The notes beneath the pieces are model-generated. The model had not been told where the DNA came from. It did no database searches and saw only the letters and a program-made list of their open reading frames with translations. A stretch of 64,000 bases of DNA from an uncultured Gammaproteobacteria bacterium (GTDB taxonomy: Bacteria; Patescibacteriota; Patescibacteriia; UBA9934; GWF2-40-263): the NCBI GenBank assembly GCA_964538435.1, contig CAZIDX010000001.1, positions 64,393-128,392 of the forward strand, read 5' to 3'. The translations under genes were made by a program, and so were the position numbers. Shown in pieces: positions 35,324-45,139 of the stretch; the stretch's first letter is position 1, and every line of letters begins with the position of its first letter.

Positions 35324-36612
35324 AGCGAATTCTCATCACACTCATGCTGCTCGTTGCGCCATTTGCAGCGCATGCAGGAGCTGACCTGAGTATCAATCAA
35401 AACGACGTGCGTTTCTCCACTGAATCACTGATTGCAGGAGACACGGTACGTATTTACGCGTCGATATACAACGTTGGAGACCAAGACGTGTCAGGTTACG
35501 TCACGTTCTTCCAAGGATCAGTATCGATTGGTGACTCTCAAGTAATCTCTGTGCTCTCAGGAGGAAATGCAGAAGAGGTTTACGTAGATTTTGTTGTGCC
35601 CTCAAGCTCATTCAATCTCAGAGCTGAGATTCGCGGAACTGATCCTGAAGATGTGAATCCCGACAACAATACAACAGTTACCGCAATGTACGAACCAGTT
35701 TTTGATGATGATCGAGACGGAGTAGCCAATGATGCTGACAACTGCCCAGCCACAGCAAATGCAGACCAACTTGATAGTGACGGAGATGGTCTGGGTGATG
35801 CATGCGACGACGATGATGACAACGATGGCTTGGCAGACAGTGTTGAAGATGAGCTTGGAACAGACACAACAAATCCTGACACAGACGAAGACGGCACAGA
35901 CGACCCAGATGACGCTTATCCAACCGACCCCACACGTACTCAAATCATCCCTGACCCAGAACCAGAGCCAGAACCAGAACCTGTTGAAGAGAAAGTGACC
36001 GAAGACTCACTGCTGAGCAAGCTTGCAGAAGAGGTTGCAGACGATCTACGGGAGTCTGGTTTGGTTGGTGAAGAGGTCGTAGATGAGCCTGAGGACGAGT
36101 CTGGAATTGAGAATGTGAAAATCACACTCTCACCAAATGCTCTGTTTCGTTACGAGCGAAAGCAATGGAACACATTCAATTTTGAAGTGCTTGGCCCTGA
36201 ATCTAATCAGTTCTCTTATGAGTGGGATTTTGGTGACGGCGTAACTTCGTCGAAATTAGAAGTTGAGCATGTTTACCAGGCCGCAGGTGCCTACGAAGCA
36301 ACACTCACAATAACAAGCTCAGACGGCGAGATCTCAGATGAATCAATCACGATCCTTGTTCCATTCTTCACGCTGGAAAACAATCTTGTTCTACTTGCAG
36401 TCATTGGGCTCGGAATTCTAATGATCGTTGGTATTGGCGTGATCGTTTCCATGGTCTTAAATGAGCGAAAGGCAGTGCAAGCGCATATGGCCAAGGAAGC
36501 CGAAGAAGATTGGGATGAAGACGATGAAAGCATTGAACCCAAGCGAGCGCCAAAGAAACCAAAAAAGAAGAAGGCAGTAAAAATCTCTGTAATCGAAGAA
36601 CTCGATGATTAA
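35320..36612 (+). CDS. surface protein: signal peptide, CARDB-like domain, thrombospondin type-3 Ca-binding repeats, PKD domain, TM anchor and basic tail
   Basis: [31 protein letters not shown] (TSP3 repeats). [10 protein letters not shown]...[12 protein letters not shown] (PKD). A C-terminal TM, then [10 protein letters not shown]. Confidence 0.7.
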   Translation: MKRILITLMLLVAPFAAHAGADLSINQNDVRFSTESLIAGDTVRIYASIYNVGDQDVSGYVTFFQGSVSIGDSQVISVLSGGNAEEVYVDFVVPSSSFNLRAEIRGTDPEDVNPDNNTTVTAMYEPVFDDDRDGVANDADNCPATANADQLDSDGDGLGDACDDDDDNDGLADSVEDELGTDTTNPDTDEDGTDDPDDAYPTDPTRTQIIPDPEPEPEPEPVEEKVTEDSLLSKLAEEVADDLRESGLVGEEVVDEPEDESGIENVKITLSPNALFRYERKQWNTFNFEVLGPESNQFSYEWDFGDGVTSSKLEVEHVYQAAGAYEATLTITSSDGEISDESITILVPFFTLENNLVLLAVIGLGILMIVGIGVIVSMVLNERKAVQAHMAKEAEEDWDEDDESIEPKRAPKKPKKKKAVKISVIEELDD

Positions 36613-38218
36613 ATTTTTCAATAAAGAGGCAAAGTCGATCGTCGGCGCAGCAACCATCGTCGGCGTTCTTTCTTTTGTAAGCCGAATTGTCGGCCTGATT
36701 CGTGATCGCATTCTAGCTGGGGAATTTGGGGCAGGGGATACACTCGATGTGTATTACGCTGCATTCAAAATCCCAGACTTTTTGTTTAGCTTGATTGTAG
36801 TCGGCGCACTCTCAGCTAGTTTTGTACCGATCTTTATCGATCAGTATCACAAACACATCTCCAAAAAAGCTGCGTGGCAATTTACAAACAACATCATGCA
36901 TGTGCTGGCAATTGCCATGCTTGCCATCGTATTAATCCTCTTCGCGTTTTCTGAGCCTTTCGCTGCTCTTGTTGCACCAGGTTTCCCTGAATACAAACAA
37001 CAGCTCGTTGCGCAGTTTATGCGCATCATGGTTTTCGCACAGCTCATCCTGACAGTTTCAATGGTCTTTGGGTCTGTGCTGCAAAGCATGAAGCGTTTCT
37101 TTTTGTATTCGCTTGCCCCAATTTTCTACAACGTCGGAATTATTATTGGTGCCGTATTCTTTGTTGATTGGATGGGGGCGATTGGGCTTGCTTGGGGGGT
37201 TGTTTTCGGTGCTTTTCTTCACCTGCTGATCCAGCTCATTGGAGTTCGCAACCTTGGTTATGCCTACAAATTCAGTTGTGGCCTCAAAGATGCATGTACA
37301 CGAAAACTCATAAAGCTCACAGGCCCAAGACTGCTCGGCATAGCCACTTCACAAATCCTTTTCTTAATCCTTGCCATTCTTGCCACAACACTTGTTGCTG
37401 GAAGTGTTACAGTGTTCCAGTTTGCTTACAATATTCAGTTCTTTGCAGTTGGAATTGTCGGTATCTCATTTGCTGTTGCGGTCTTTCCAACACTCTCTAC
37501 GCACGCCAGCAAAGAACACATGGAAGATTTTGTTAAGACGCTCTCAACGACGATCAGACAGGTTCTCTTTCTGATGATTCCGCTCATGACACTTTTCCTC
37601 GTGCTTCGCGCACAGATCGTTCGTGTTGTAGTAGGTGCTGGGGCCTTTGATTGGGCTGCGACAATTGCAACAGCTGACACCCTTGCATTCTTTGCACTTA
37701 CATTTATTCCACAAGCGTTAGTATTCATACTTGCACGCGCTTACTTTGCTATTCACGACACGATTACACCACTCACAGCAGCGATCATAGGAGCAGTCGT
37801 AGGAATCATCAGTGCGTTTCTCTTCGTTGATAGCTATGGTGTCATTGGTCTTGGAATGGCGTATTCACTTGCAAGTCTCGTTAACGCATCGATCCTCTGG
37901 GTTTCACTCCGACAGCGCTTGGGAACCCTAGACGAGCTTGGGATTCTGCACGCCTTTTCGAAAATGCTAGCTGCCGGTGTCTTAGGTGCGGTTGTGATGC
38001 AGGTCCTCAAGCCTGTGGCTGTCTCAATCATCTCTCTAGACACCTTCATGGGTGTGTTTACACAAGGATTCCTTGCTGGAGGTTCGGGGCTGCTTGTGTA
38101 CGTTGCAATTTCTCACGCGCTCAAGAGTAAAGAGCTCGAAGGCATTGCTTCTGCCCTGCAACGAAAGGTGCTTAGACGTTCAAGGCCAGAAGAAGCACTT
38201 TCTGAGAACACCAACTAG
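36605..38218 (+). CDS. murJ: lipid II flippase MurJ
   Basis: N-terminal [49 protein letters not shown]. About 14 TM. Length 537 aa. Confidence 0.85.
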   Translation: MIKFFNKEAKSIVGAATIVGVLSFVSRIVGLIRDRILAGEFGAGDTLDVYYAAFKIPDFLFSLIVVGALSASFVPIFIDQYHKHISKKAAWQFTNNIMHVLAIAMLAIVLILFAFSEPFAALVAPGFPEYKQQLVAQFMRIMVFAQLILTVSMVFGSVLQSMKRFFLYSLAPIFYNVGIIIGAVFFVDWMGAIGLAWGVVFGAFLHLLIQLIGVRNLGYAYKFSCGLKDACTRKLIKLTGPRLLGIATSQILFLILAILATTLVAGSVTVFQFAYNIQFFAVGIVGISFAVAVFPTLSTHASKEHMEDFVKTLSTTIRQVLFLMIPLMTLFLVLRAQIVRVVVGAGAFDWAATIATADTLAFFALTFIPQALVFILARAYFAIHDTITPLTAAIIGAVVGIISAFLFVDSYGVIGLGMAYSLASLVNASILWVSLRQRLGTLDELGILHAFSKMLAAGVLGAVVMQVLKPVAVSIISLDTFMGVFTQGFLAGGSGLLVYVAISHALKSKELEGIASALQRKVLRRSRPEEALSENTN

Positions 38219-38253
38219 ACGAGAAGGCCAACTTTTCCTAAGATGCACAAACT

Positions 38254-40140
38254 ATGAAAAGCATTCATGAAATAAGACAATCCTACCTTGATTACTTCAA
38301 AAAACAGGATCACGCCGTGATTCCGTCGGCCTCTTTGTTGCCAGAAAACGACCCAACAACGCTGTTTACAGGGTCTGGGATGCAACCGATTGTTTCATTT
38401 CTTCTTGGAGAAGATCACCCAAAAGGGAATCGACTCACAGATGCACAGAAATGCTTTCGTTCTCAAGATATTGATGAAGTAGGCGACAATAGGCATACAA
38501 CGTTTTTTGAAATGCTGGGAAACTGGTCGCTTGGCGACTACTTCAAGCAAGAACAGATTCCCTGGGTGTTTACCTGGTTAACAGAAGAGGTCGGTCTCAA
38601 TCCTGAAAACATCTACGTAACAACCTTTCGTGGAAATGAGGATCTTGGAATAGAGCGCGACACTGAATCTGTTGAGCTTTGGAAAAAAATGTTTGCAGAA
38701 AAAGGTCTTGATGCAAAAGATATTGATTTTGCAGAGCGTGATGGGATGCAAGGTGGAAGAATCTTTTACTACGATGAAACAAAAAACTGGTGGTCCCGAT
38801 CAGGTACACCAGAAAAGATGCCAGCAGGTGAGCCAGGTGGACCTGACAGTGAAATCTTTTGGGATTTTGGCGAAGATCTGGGGTTGCATGAGAAGTCCGA
38901 GTTTTCAGACCAGCCCTGCCATGTTAATTGCGACTGCGGACGCTTCCTGGAGATTGGAAACAGTGTCTTCATGGAATACATAAAAACGGAAACCGGATTT
39001 GAATCACTGCCAAACAAAAATGTTGATTTTGGAGGCGGGTTGGAGAGAATCACGGCAGCTGCAAACGGCGAGCCAGACATCTTTCTGCTTAATGTGTTTG
39101 AAAAAACACGCACTTCACTTGAGTGGCTCTCAGGAAAACAGTACTCCTCAGAACACCAATTTGCCTTTAGAGTGATCCTCGATCACATCAGAGCCAGCAT
39201 GTTTCTCATTGCTGATGGTGCCATTCCATCAAACAAGGACCAGGGTTACTTCACAAGGCGTCTCATCAGGCGCGCCATTCGTTTTGGTGGGCAATTAGGA
39301 ATTACTGAAAACTTTCTAGATCACATTGCGCCACATCTACTAGATGAGTACGCCGCATGCTATGAAGGAATAGGAGACGCCACCAAGAGAAACCAAATTA
39401 TGGATGAACTAGCTCGCGAGGAAGAAAAATTTCGGAAAACAATCACAAAGGGAGAAAAAGAGTTTGAAAAAATGTTTAAGACAGGAGAGGGGATCTCAGG
39501 AAAGGATGCATTCATCCTTTATTCAACGTACGGGTTCCCGCTTGAGCTAACAGAAGAGATGGTGCAAGAAAAAGGACTTGAGGTGGATCGCGAGGTGTTT
39601 AAGAAAGAGTTTGATCAGCACAAGGAGCTCTCGCGTGCTGGATCAGCTCAAAAATTTACTGGCGGGCTCGCAGACCACTCAAAGGAGACGGTTGCGCTGC
39701 ATACCGCCACTCACCTCATGCATCAAGCATTGAGGAATGTGCTCGGTGAGCATGTAATGCAAAGAGGTTCAAACATCACTCCAAAACGACTTCGATTTGA
39801 TTTCTCTCATCCAGAAAAGATGACAGATGAGCAAAAACAAAAGGTTGAAGAGATTGTAAACACTCAGATTGAAAAAGACTTGCCTGTCACTCAGAAGATG
39901 ATGACGCTCGAAGAAGCTAAATCAGCCGGCGCAATTGGGCTTTTCGAGGACAAATACGCATCATTAGGAGATCAGATCAAAGTATATTTCATTGGGGATG
40001 AGAATGAAGGTAATGTCTTTAGCGTGGAGGTCTGTGGAGGGCCGCATGTAGCCTCCTTAAGCGATCTGGGAACGTTCAAAATCAAAAAAGAAGAATCAGC
40101 CTCTGCTGGAATCAGGAGAATCAAGGCGATTCTTGAATAA
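38254..40140 (+). CDS. alaS: alanine--tRNA ligase, short form lacking the C-Ala domain
   Basis: Class II catalytic core (FTGSGMQP), the editing HxxxH (HTATHLMH) and CGGPHV. Only 628 aa. Confidence 0.85.
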   Translation: MKSIHEIRQSYLDYFKKQDHAVIPSASLLPENDPTTLFTGSGMQPIVSFLLGEDHPKGNRLTDAQKCFRSQDIDEVGDNRHTTFFEMLGNWSLGDYFKQEQIPWVFTWLTEEVGLNPENIYVTTFRGNEDLGIERDTESVELWKKMFAEKGLDAKDIDFAERDGMQGGRIFYYDETKNWWSRSGTPEKMPAGEPGGPDSEIFWDFGEDLGLHEKSEFSDQPCHVNCDCGRFLEIGNSVFMEYIKTETGFESLPNKNVDFGGGLERITAAANGEPDIFLLNVFEKTRTSLEWLSGKQYSSEHQFAFRVILDHIRASMFLIADGAIPSNKDQGYFTRRLIRRAIRFGGQLGITENFLDHIAPHLLDEYAACYEGIGDATKRNQIMDELAREEEKFRKTITKGEKEFEKMFKTGEGISGKDAFILYSTYGFPLELTEEMVQEKGLEVDREVFKKEFDQHKELSRAGSAQKFTGGLADHSKETVALHTATHLMHQALRNVLGEHVMQRGSNITPKRLRFDFSHPEKMTDEQKQKVEEIVNTQIEKDLPVTQKMMTLEEAKSAGAIGLFEDKYASLGDQIKVYFIGDENEGNVFSVEVCGGPHVASLSDLGTFKIKKEESASAGIRRIKAILE

Positions 40141-40196
40141 GAAATCAACTAATTTAAGGCAAAAAAAGACGGATACTCTTATCCACGGCCAAACGC

Positions 40197-40225
40197 TTGA
40201 CATTTACTGCGCACATCAGTAAAAT
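40197..40225 (+). promoter_or_regulatory. sigma70-type promoter for infA-rpmJ-rpsM-rpsK-rpsD-rpoA-rplQ
   Basis: TTGACA (40197-40202), a 17 nt spacer, then TAAAAT (40220-40225). Confidence 0.5.
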
Positions 40226-40295
40226 ACCGGCGCCTCGAAAGTTGAGTATGGCCTTGCTTTTTTCGCTAAAAGATGCTAGTATTCCGTCGATTATT

Positions 40296-40517
40296 ATGAG
40301 CAAAGGCACAAAAGACTTTATCGAGATGAGGGGGACTGTGGAAGAGCTTCTTCCATCTGCGAACTTCAAAATTACACTCGAAAACGGTCAAACTATTATC
40401 GGTCATCTTTCTGGAAAGATGCGCAAATTCAGAATCAGGATTCTTCCAGGTGACCATGTAAAGTTAGAGATCAGTCCATACGACCTAACAAAGGGTCGTG
40501 TCGTCTATCGATATTGA
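40296..40517 (+). CDS. infA: translation initiation factor IF-1
   Basis: [73 protein letters not shown]. The internal ATG at 40296 is chosen. Confidence 0.9.
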   Translation: MSKGTKDFIEMRGTVEELLPSANFKITLENGQTIIGHLSGKMRKFRIRILPGDHVKLEISPYDLTKGRVVYRY

Positions 40518-40556
40518 GATACGTCATCGAAGCGTCTTCGGTGGCGTTTATACATT

Positions 40557-40670
40557 ATGAAAGTACGAGCATCAGCTAAGAAAATTTGTCGCGACTGCAA
40601 AGTGATCCGCCGAAAAGGTAGGGTTCATGTGATTTGCAAGAACCCACGACATAAGCAACGTCAAGGATAA
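40557..40670 (+). CDS. rpmJ: 50S ribosomal protein L36
   Basis: Manual translation gives [37 protein letters not shown]. It is below the ORF-track cutoff. Confidence 0.85.
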   Translation: MKVRASAKKICRDCKVIRRKGRVHVICKNPRHKQRQG

Positions 40671-40673
40671 TCT

Positions 40674-41060
40674 ATGGCACGTATTGCTGGAGTAAATATT
40701 CCATCAAACAAACGAATCGTGATCGCACTCACGTATATTTATGGTGTAGGACCAAAAATCTCTTCAAAGGTTTTGGCCCAAGCACAAGTTGATGAGAACA
40801 TTCGAACAAAAGACCTGAAAGACGATCAAGTAAACGCGATCCGAACAATTTTGGAAAAAACATTCCGCCTCGAAGGTGATCTCAGGCGCGACGTGCTTTC
40901 AAGCATCAAGCGCCACAAAGAAATCGGCTCATACCGAGGAACCCGCCACAGCAAAGGACTTCCTTCACGAGGGCAGCGAACCAAATCAAACTCTCGAACC
41001 GTTCGTGGAAACACCCGGCGAACAGCTGGAAGTGGACGACGAGCACTCACCAAGACCTAA
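40674..41060 (+). CDS. rpsM: 30S ribosomal protein S13
   Basis: MARIAGVNIPSNKRIVIALTYIYGVG. Confidence 0.95.
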   Translation: MARIAGVNIPSNKRIVIALTYIYGVGPKISSKVLAQAQVDENIRTKDLKDDQVNAIRTILEKTFRLEGDLRRDVLSSIKRHKEIGSYRGTRHSKGLPSRGQRTKSNSRTVRGNTRRTAGSGRRALTKT

Positions 41061-41068
41061 TACTCACT

Positions 41069-41464
41069 ATGGCAGCAACGAAGCAAAAATCTCGATCAAA
41101 GAAAAAGGCAATGCGGCAGGTGTCGCAGGGTTGTGCTTATATCCAAGCAACCTACAACAACACCATCGTAACCTTCACTGATTTGAACGGAAACACACTT
41201 GCATGGTCAAGTGCTGGTAACTGTGGATTTAAAGGTCCAAAGAAATCAACACCATATGCTGCAAGCGTAATTGTTAAAGCAGCAGCTGAACGAGTTAAGG
41301 AGTCTGGCCTAAAAGAGCTCAGTGTATTTGTAAAGGGTGTTGGATCAGGACGAGACTCTGCAGTTCGAGCACTCAATGCTAACGGATTCCACGTACTATC
41401 AATCAAAGATGTAACACCGCTTCCGCACAATGGATGCCGTGCACGTAAGCCTCGACGCGTCTAG
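41069..41464 (+). CDS. rpsK: 30S ribosomal protein S11
   Basis: Conserved S11 core (AHIQATYNNTIVTFTD...). Confidence 0.95.
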   Translation: MAATKQKSRSKKKAMRQVSQGCAYIQATYNNTIVTFTDLNGNTLAWSSAGNCGFKGPKKSTPYAASVIVKAAAERVKESGLKELSVFVKGVGSGRDSAVRALNANGFHVLSIKDVTPLPHNGCRARKPRRV

Positions 41465-41466
41465 AT

Positions 41467-42078
41467 ATGGCTAGAATGACCACTCCAATTGTAAAACTGT
41501 CACGACGACTAGGAATTGCTCTCGGAAAAGAGCATGTTGTTCGAAAACGACCATACCCACCAGGGATCCACGGTCCAAAGAACGCCTACCGACGTCGAAT
41601 TTCTGCATACGGCGAGCAGCTTCGAGAGAAGCAGAAAGCTCGTGCAATTTACGGTGTTATGGAGCGACAGTTCCGCAACTATTTTGAAAAAGCAACCCGA
41701 AAAGAAGGGAACACTGGAACAGTGCTCGTGCAAATGCTTGAGCTTCGTTTGGATAACGTTGTTCACCGACTAGGATACGCAAAAACCCGACGAATGGCAC
41801 GACAGATGGTAAACCACGGCTTCTTCCTCGTAAACGGAACAAAGGTTGATATCCCATCATTTTCTGTAAAAATCGGCGACGAGATCACCATAAAAGAATC
41901 AAAGAAAGACTCAAAGCTCGTGAAGGCGATTCCTGAAACAATGAATCAAAACCCACTTCCAAAGTGGTTGTCACGAGACAACAAGACCCTCTCTGGAAAG
42001 ATCACATCGATCCCAGAAGGAGATGATCTTGATCAGCCTTTCGACCCTACGCTCATTGTGGAGTTCTACTCCCGATAA
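41467..42078 (+). CDS. rpsD: 30S ribosomal protein S4
   Basis: MARMTTPIVKLSRRLG... with S4 and S4-domain motifs. Confidence 0.95.
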   Translation: MARMTTPIVKLSRRLGIALGKEHVVRKRPYPPGIHGPKNAYRRRISAYGEQLREKQKARAIYGVMERQFRNYFEKATRKEGNTGTVLVQMLELRLDNVVHRLGYAKTRRMARQMVNHGFFLVNGTKVDIPSFSVKIGDEITIKESKKDSKLVKAIPETMNQNPLPKWLSRDNKTLSGKITSIPEGDDLDQPFDPTLIVEFYSR

Positions 42079-42090
42079 CCTTTTGCGTCT

Positions 42091-42870
42091 ATGGAAAACA
42101 TTCTCCTTCCATCATCAATTCGTTTTGAGGCGTCAGACCGTCCAAACGAAGGCATCCTCATTGTAGAGCCTTGCTTTCACGGATACGGAACAACCCTTGG
42201 AAACGCACTACGACGCGTACTCCTTTCTTCATTGCCTGGAGCAGCCGTTACAGCTGTGAAGATCAAAGGTGTGAACCACGAGTTTCAGCCGATCGAGAAC
42301 ATTAAGGAGGACGCACTCGAGATTATTCTTAATCTCAAATCCCTTCGTTTGAAGGTCTTTAGCGACGAACCAGTTGTTCTTAATCTAACTGCCAGCGGAA
42401 AGAAAACAGTAACAGCAGCAGATATTCAGCCAAATGCTGATGTAGAAGTCGTAAACCCTGAGCTTCCATTGGCTACAATCACAGCAGACGACGGAACAAT
42501 GGACATGCAAATCACGGTAAAGCGCGGACGAGGTTACAGCTCAACAGAAGAACGTGTAAACGAGTCAAATGACCTTGGAACGATCAGTATTGATGCTCTC
42601 TTCTCACCAATCCGAAACGTTGGATACCGAGTAGAAGACACACGTGTTGGAGACATCACTAACTATGATCGCCTAATCATGAACATTGAAACAGATGGAA
42701 CGATCACTCCAGAGGACGCTGTTCATGAGTCAGTTCAAGTATTGATTAACCACTTCAATCTACTTGCTCAAAACCCTGCAGAAACTTTCGAGCCAATGCC
42801 AGGGGTTTCTGAAGAGCCAGTTGTTGAAGATGTATCTACCGAAGAACCCCAGGAGGAAACAGAAGAATAA
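42091..42870 (+). CDS. rpoA: DNA-directed RNA polymerase alpha subunit, N-terminal domain only (no alpha-CTD)
   Basis: The alpha NTD fold is present over 259 aa. It ends in an acidic tail, and rplQ follows immediately. Confidence 0.88.
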   Translation: MENILLPSSIRFEASDRPNEGILIVEPCFHGYGTTLGNALRRVLLSSLPGAAVTAVKIKGVNHEFQPIENIKEDALEIILNLKSLRLKVFSDEPVVLNLTASGKKTVTAADIQPNADVEVVNPELPLATITADDGTMDMQITVKRGRGYSSTEERVNESNDLGTISIDALFSPIRNVGYRVEDTRVGDITNYDRLIMNIETDGTITPEDAVHESVQVLINHFNLLAQNPAETFEPMPGVSEEPVVEDVSTEEPQEETEE

Positions 42871-42873
42871 ACT

Positions 42874-43224
42874 ATGCGTCATCGAAAGAAAGGAAAAATT
42901 CTAGATCGAAAGAAAGCTCCTCGGGAAGCCATGCTTCGCAATCTCGCTTCAAGCATTGTCTTGCATGAACGCGTGAAAACAACAGAAGCTAAGGCAAAGG
43001 CAGTAAAGCCTCTCGTGGAAAAAGCGATCACAACAGCAAAAACCAACTCACTTGCGTCTCGACGAAAGCTGATGAAGTTTTTCTACACAGATCTAGCTGT
43101 AAACAAACTCCTTGAGGTGCTTGGACCACGATACGCAACCCGTCCTGGTGGTTACACCCGAATCGTAAAGATCGGACACCGAAAGAACGATGGGGCTGAT
43201 ATGGTTCAAATTGAACTTGTTTAG
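42874..43224 (+). CDS. rplQ: 50S ribosomal protein L17
   Basis: MRHRKKGKILDRKKAPREAMLRNL. Confidence 0.95.
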   Translation: MRHRKKGKILDRKKAPREAMLRNLASSIVLHERVKTTEAKAKAVKPLVEKAITTAKTNSLASRRKLMKFFYTDLAVNKLLEVLGPRYATRPGGYTRIVKIGHRKNDGADMVQIELV

Positions 43225-43225
43225 T

Positions 43226-43582
43226 ATGGAAATTGCACGAGACATTCACACAATCGACGCTGAAGGAAAAGCACCAGGCCGACTTGCAACTGAGGTGGCC
43301 ACTTTGCTTATCGGAAAGCACAAACCAAGTTTTCAGCCAAACATTGATGCTGGCGACCATGTTCAGGTTATCAATGCTGCAAAAATGAAGATTACTGGCA
43401 AAAAGCTTGAGCAAAAAAAGTATTACCGACACAGTGGTTATGCTGGTGGTCTTAAGACAACAGCCATGAAGGATGTTTGGGAAAGTGACCCAGCAGAGGT
43501 TTTGAGAAAGGCCGTTTCACGCATGCTCCCAAAGAATAAGCAGCGAACCGAGCGCATGAAGCGATTGGTTGTAAAGAGCTAG
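43226..43582 (+). CDS. rplM: 50S ribosomal protein L13
   Basis: The L13 core follows the ATG at 43226, immediately after the L17 stop. Confidence 0.9.
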   Translation: MEIARDIHTIDAEGKAPGRLATEVATLLIGKHKPSFQPNIDAGDHVQVINAAKMKITGKKLEQKKYYRHSGYAGGLKTTAMKDVWESDPAEVLRKAVSRMLPKNKQRTERMKRLVVKS

Positions 43583-43583
43583 T

Positions 43584-43985
43584 ATGACAGAAGCAAATAC
43601 ATACATTGAAACCGTTGGGCGCCGAAAAGGAGCAGTAGCACGAGTGCGAATGTTCCAGGGTGGAAGCGGAAAAATCACAGTGAATGAGCGAGATTTTAAG
43701 GAATACATCCCAATTGCACTGCTTCAACAGTCAACAATGCTCCCACTAACACTCACATCAACTGATGAAATGTTTGACATCACAGTGCTAGTGAAAGGTG
43801 GTGGTGTCCATGGTCAAGCAGATGCTATTCGAATGGGGATTGCACGCGCGCTCATTGATTTCAACCCAGAATTCCGCGCTGTTTTGAAGAAAAATGGACT
43901 TCTTACACGTGACGCTCGTGTTCGTGAGAGGAAAAAATTCGGAAAGAAATCAGCTCGACGTGCACCACAGTGGTCAAAGCGATAA
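43584..43985 (+). CDS. rpsI: 30S ribosomal protein S9
   Basis: Ends in the typical ...[17 protein letters not shown]. Confidence 0.95.
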   Translation: MTEANTYIETVGRRKGAVARVRMFQGGSGKITVNERDFKEYIPIALLQQSTMLPLTLTSTDEMFDITVLVKGGGVHGQADAIRMGIARALIDFNPEFRAVLKKNGLLTRDARVRERKKFGKKSARRAPQWSKR

Positions 43986-43996
43986 AATTTTCAAAA

Positions 43997-44027
43997 AACA
44001 CCTTGCAATTGCAGGGTGTTTTTGGTT
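43997..44027 (+). terminator. rho-independent terminator after rpsI
   Basis: aacaccttgcaattgcagggtgtt followed by TTT. Confidence 0.55.
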
Positions 44028-44051
44028 TTCAAACCTCGTTGACGGGCAGGT

Positions 44052-45074
44052 TTGACTATGATTAACTTCATCCACCGGGCTGTTCCGGTGGATGAGGAGA
44101 GAAACATGATAGCTGCCTCAATGGCCGCAAATACGCCGCATCGTCACAGGCTCTCAATCGGCGACCAGGCAAAGCGGGGCGCTATGAACCGGAGAGAGTT
44201 CGCGCTTCCTGAGTCATTGCTGCCCGACGATATCGGTCGTGTTCGACTTATCGGTGGTCCCCATGACATCCCTGCGGCAGTGGGTGTCAGGAGCATCATC
44301 ACACTGCAAGAAGCTGCCATGTCCATGAAGCTGGTGACAGACCACTGGCAGCTTGTTCTGGAGCCCTACGATCCCAATCTGCTCAAGCGATCACTCGCTC
44401 GGGTAAAGCAGATCGGCCCCACAGATCCGCCACCTGCATTTGGTCTCGGCGAGCCACTTCCTGCCACAAGCGACATCACTGACATGATGCAGTTGGCGCA
44501 CAAGGAGCTGTCCCGACTTCGACCTCACTACGAGGGAACCATGCTCCTGGTCGTGTTCTGGCAAGATCGTGATGGGCTGCCACACTTCGACTTCGTCGCA
44601 ACCTCCCTGGACGGACTTCGCCAAAAGCGCATGCGAGCGCTCCGGCACAACGAACGTGTCAAAGCCAGTTCAGCGCCTTTCCCATGGCCGATCCACATGC
44701 CCACGTGGCTTCCTCCTTGGATGGGGGCCGGTGTGCAGATATGGGGTGAGGGCAACTACATCGATGCTCCCATGATCCCACCAACCGACGAGTGGGTCTC
44801 AGGCAACAAGGACGCTCTCACAAAGATCGTGGACAGGCATTTCAAACCTGCTCTCTGGAGTCTTTGGAAAGCAACGTTCGCAGAACCTGAAGTGGCCGCG
44901 AAGCTGGCTAGTCAAGGGTATCGCCTGGAGGAAAGCGACCGAACAAGAATGGGTGGTGAAGAGCTCAGAGAGCTCATGGACTACCGCTCTGCAGACCCCG
45001 CAAACCTCACGGTCATGGGCGATCTGTCCATGCTCGAAGAACTCGCGGCTGACGCAATCAAGCCGCTCACATAG
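44052..45074 (+). CDS. GC-rich hypothetical protein
   Basis: 340 aa, about 60% GC, Pro- and Trp-rich. I recognise no motif. Confidence 0.45.
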   Translation: MTMINFIHRAVPVDEERNMIAASMAANTPHRHRLSIGDQAKRGAMNRREFALPESLLPDDIGRVRLIGGPHDIPAAVGVRSIITLQEAAMSMKLVTDHWQLVLEPYDPNLLKRSLARVKQIGPTDPPPAFGLGEPLPATSDITDMMQLAHKELSRLRPHYEGTMLLVVFWQDRDGLPHFDFVATSLDGLRQKRMRALRHNERVKASSAPFPWPIHMPTWLPPWMGAGVQIWGEGNYIDAPMIPPTDEWVSGNKDALTKIVDRHFKPALWSLWKATFAEPEVAAKLASQGYRLEESDRTRMGGEELRELMDYRSADPANLTVMGDLSMLEELAADAIKPLT

Positions 45075-45100
45075 ATGAGCCTGACAAGCTCATCTTTTCT
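45075..45100 (+). terminator. putative terminator
   Basis: gatgagc-ctgacaa-gctcatc followed by TTTTC. It overlaps the stop codon. Confidence 0.45.
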
Positions 45101-45139
45101 ATTTGAAAAGCCCCAAAAATCAGGTACAATAAGCTCACT

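Noticed and set aside
35940-35990. ccagaaccagagccagaacc tandem repeats (and similar at 19420-19460), considered as CRISPR-like or microsatellite features.
   Set aside because: They lie within CDSs and encode PEPEPEPEP linkers. There is no spacer-repeat architecture.
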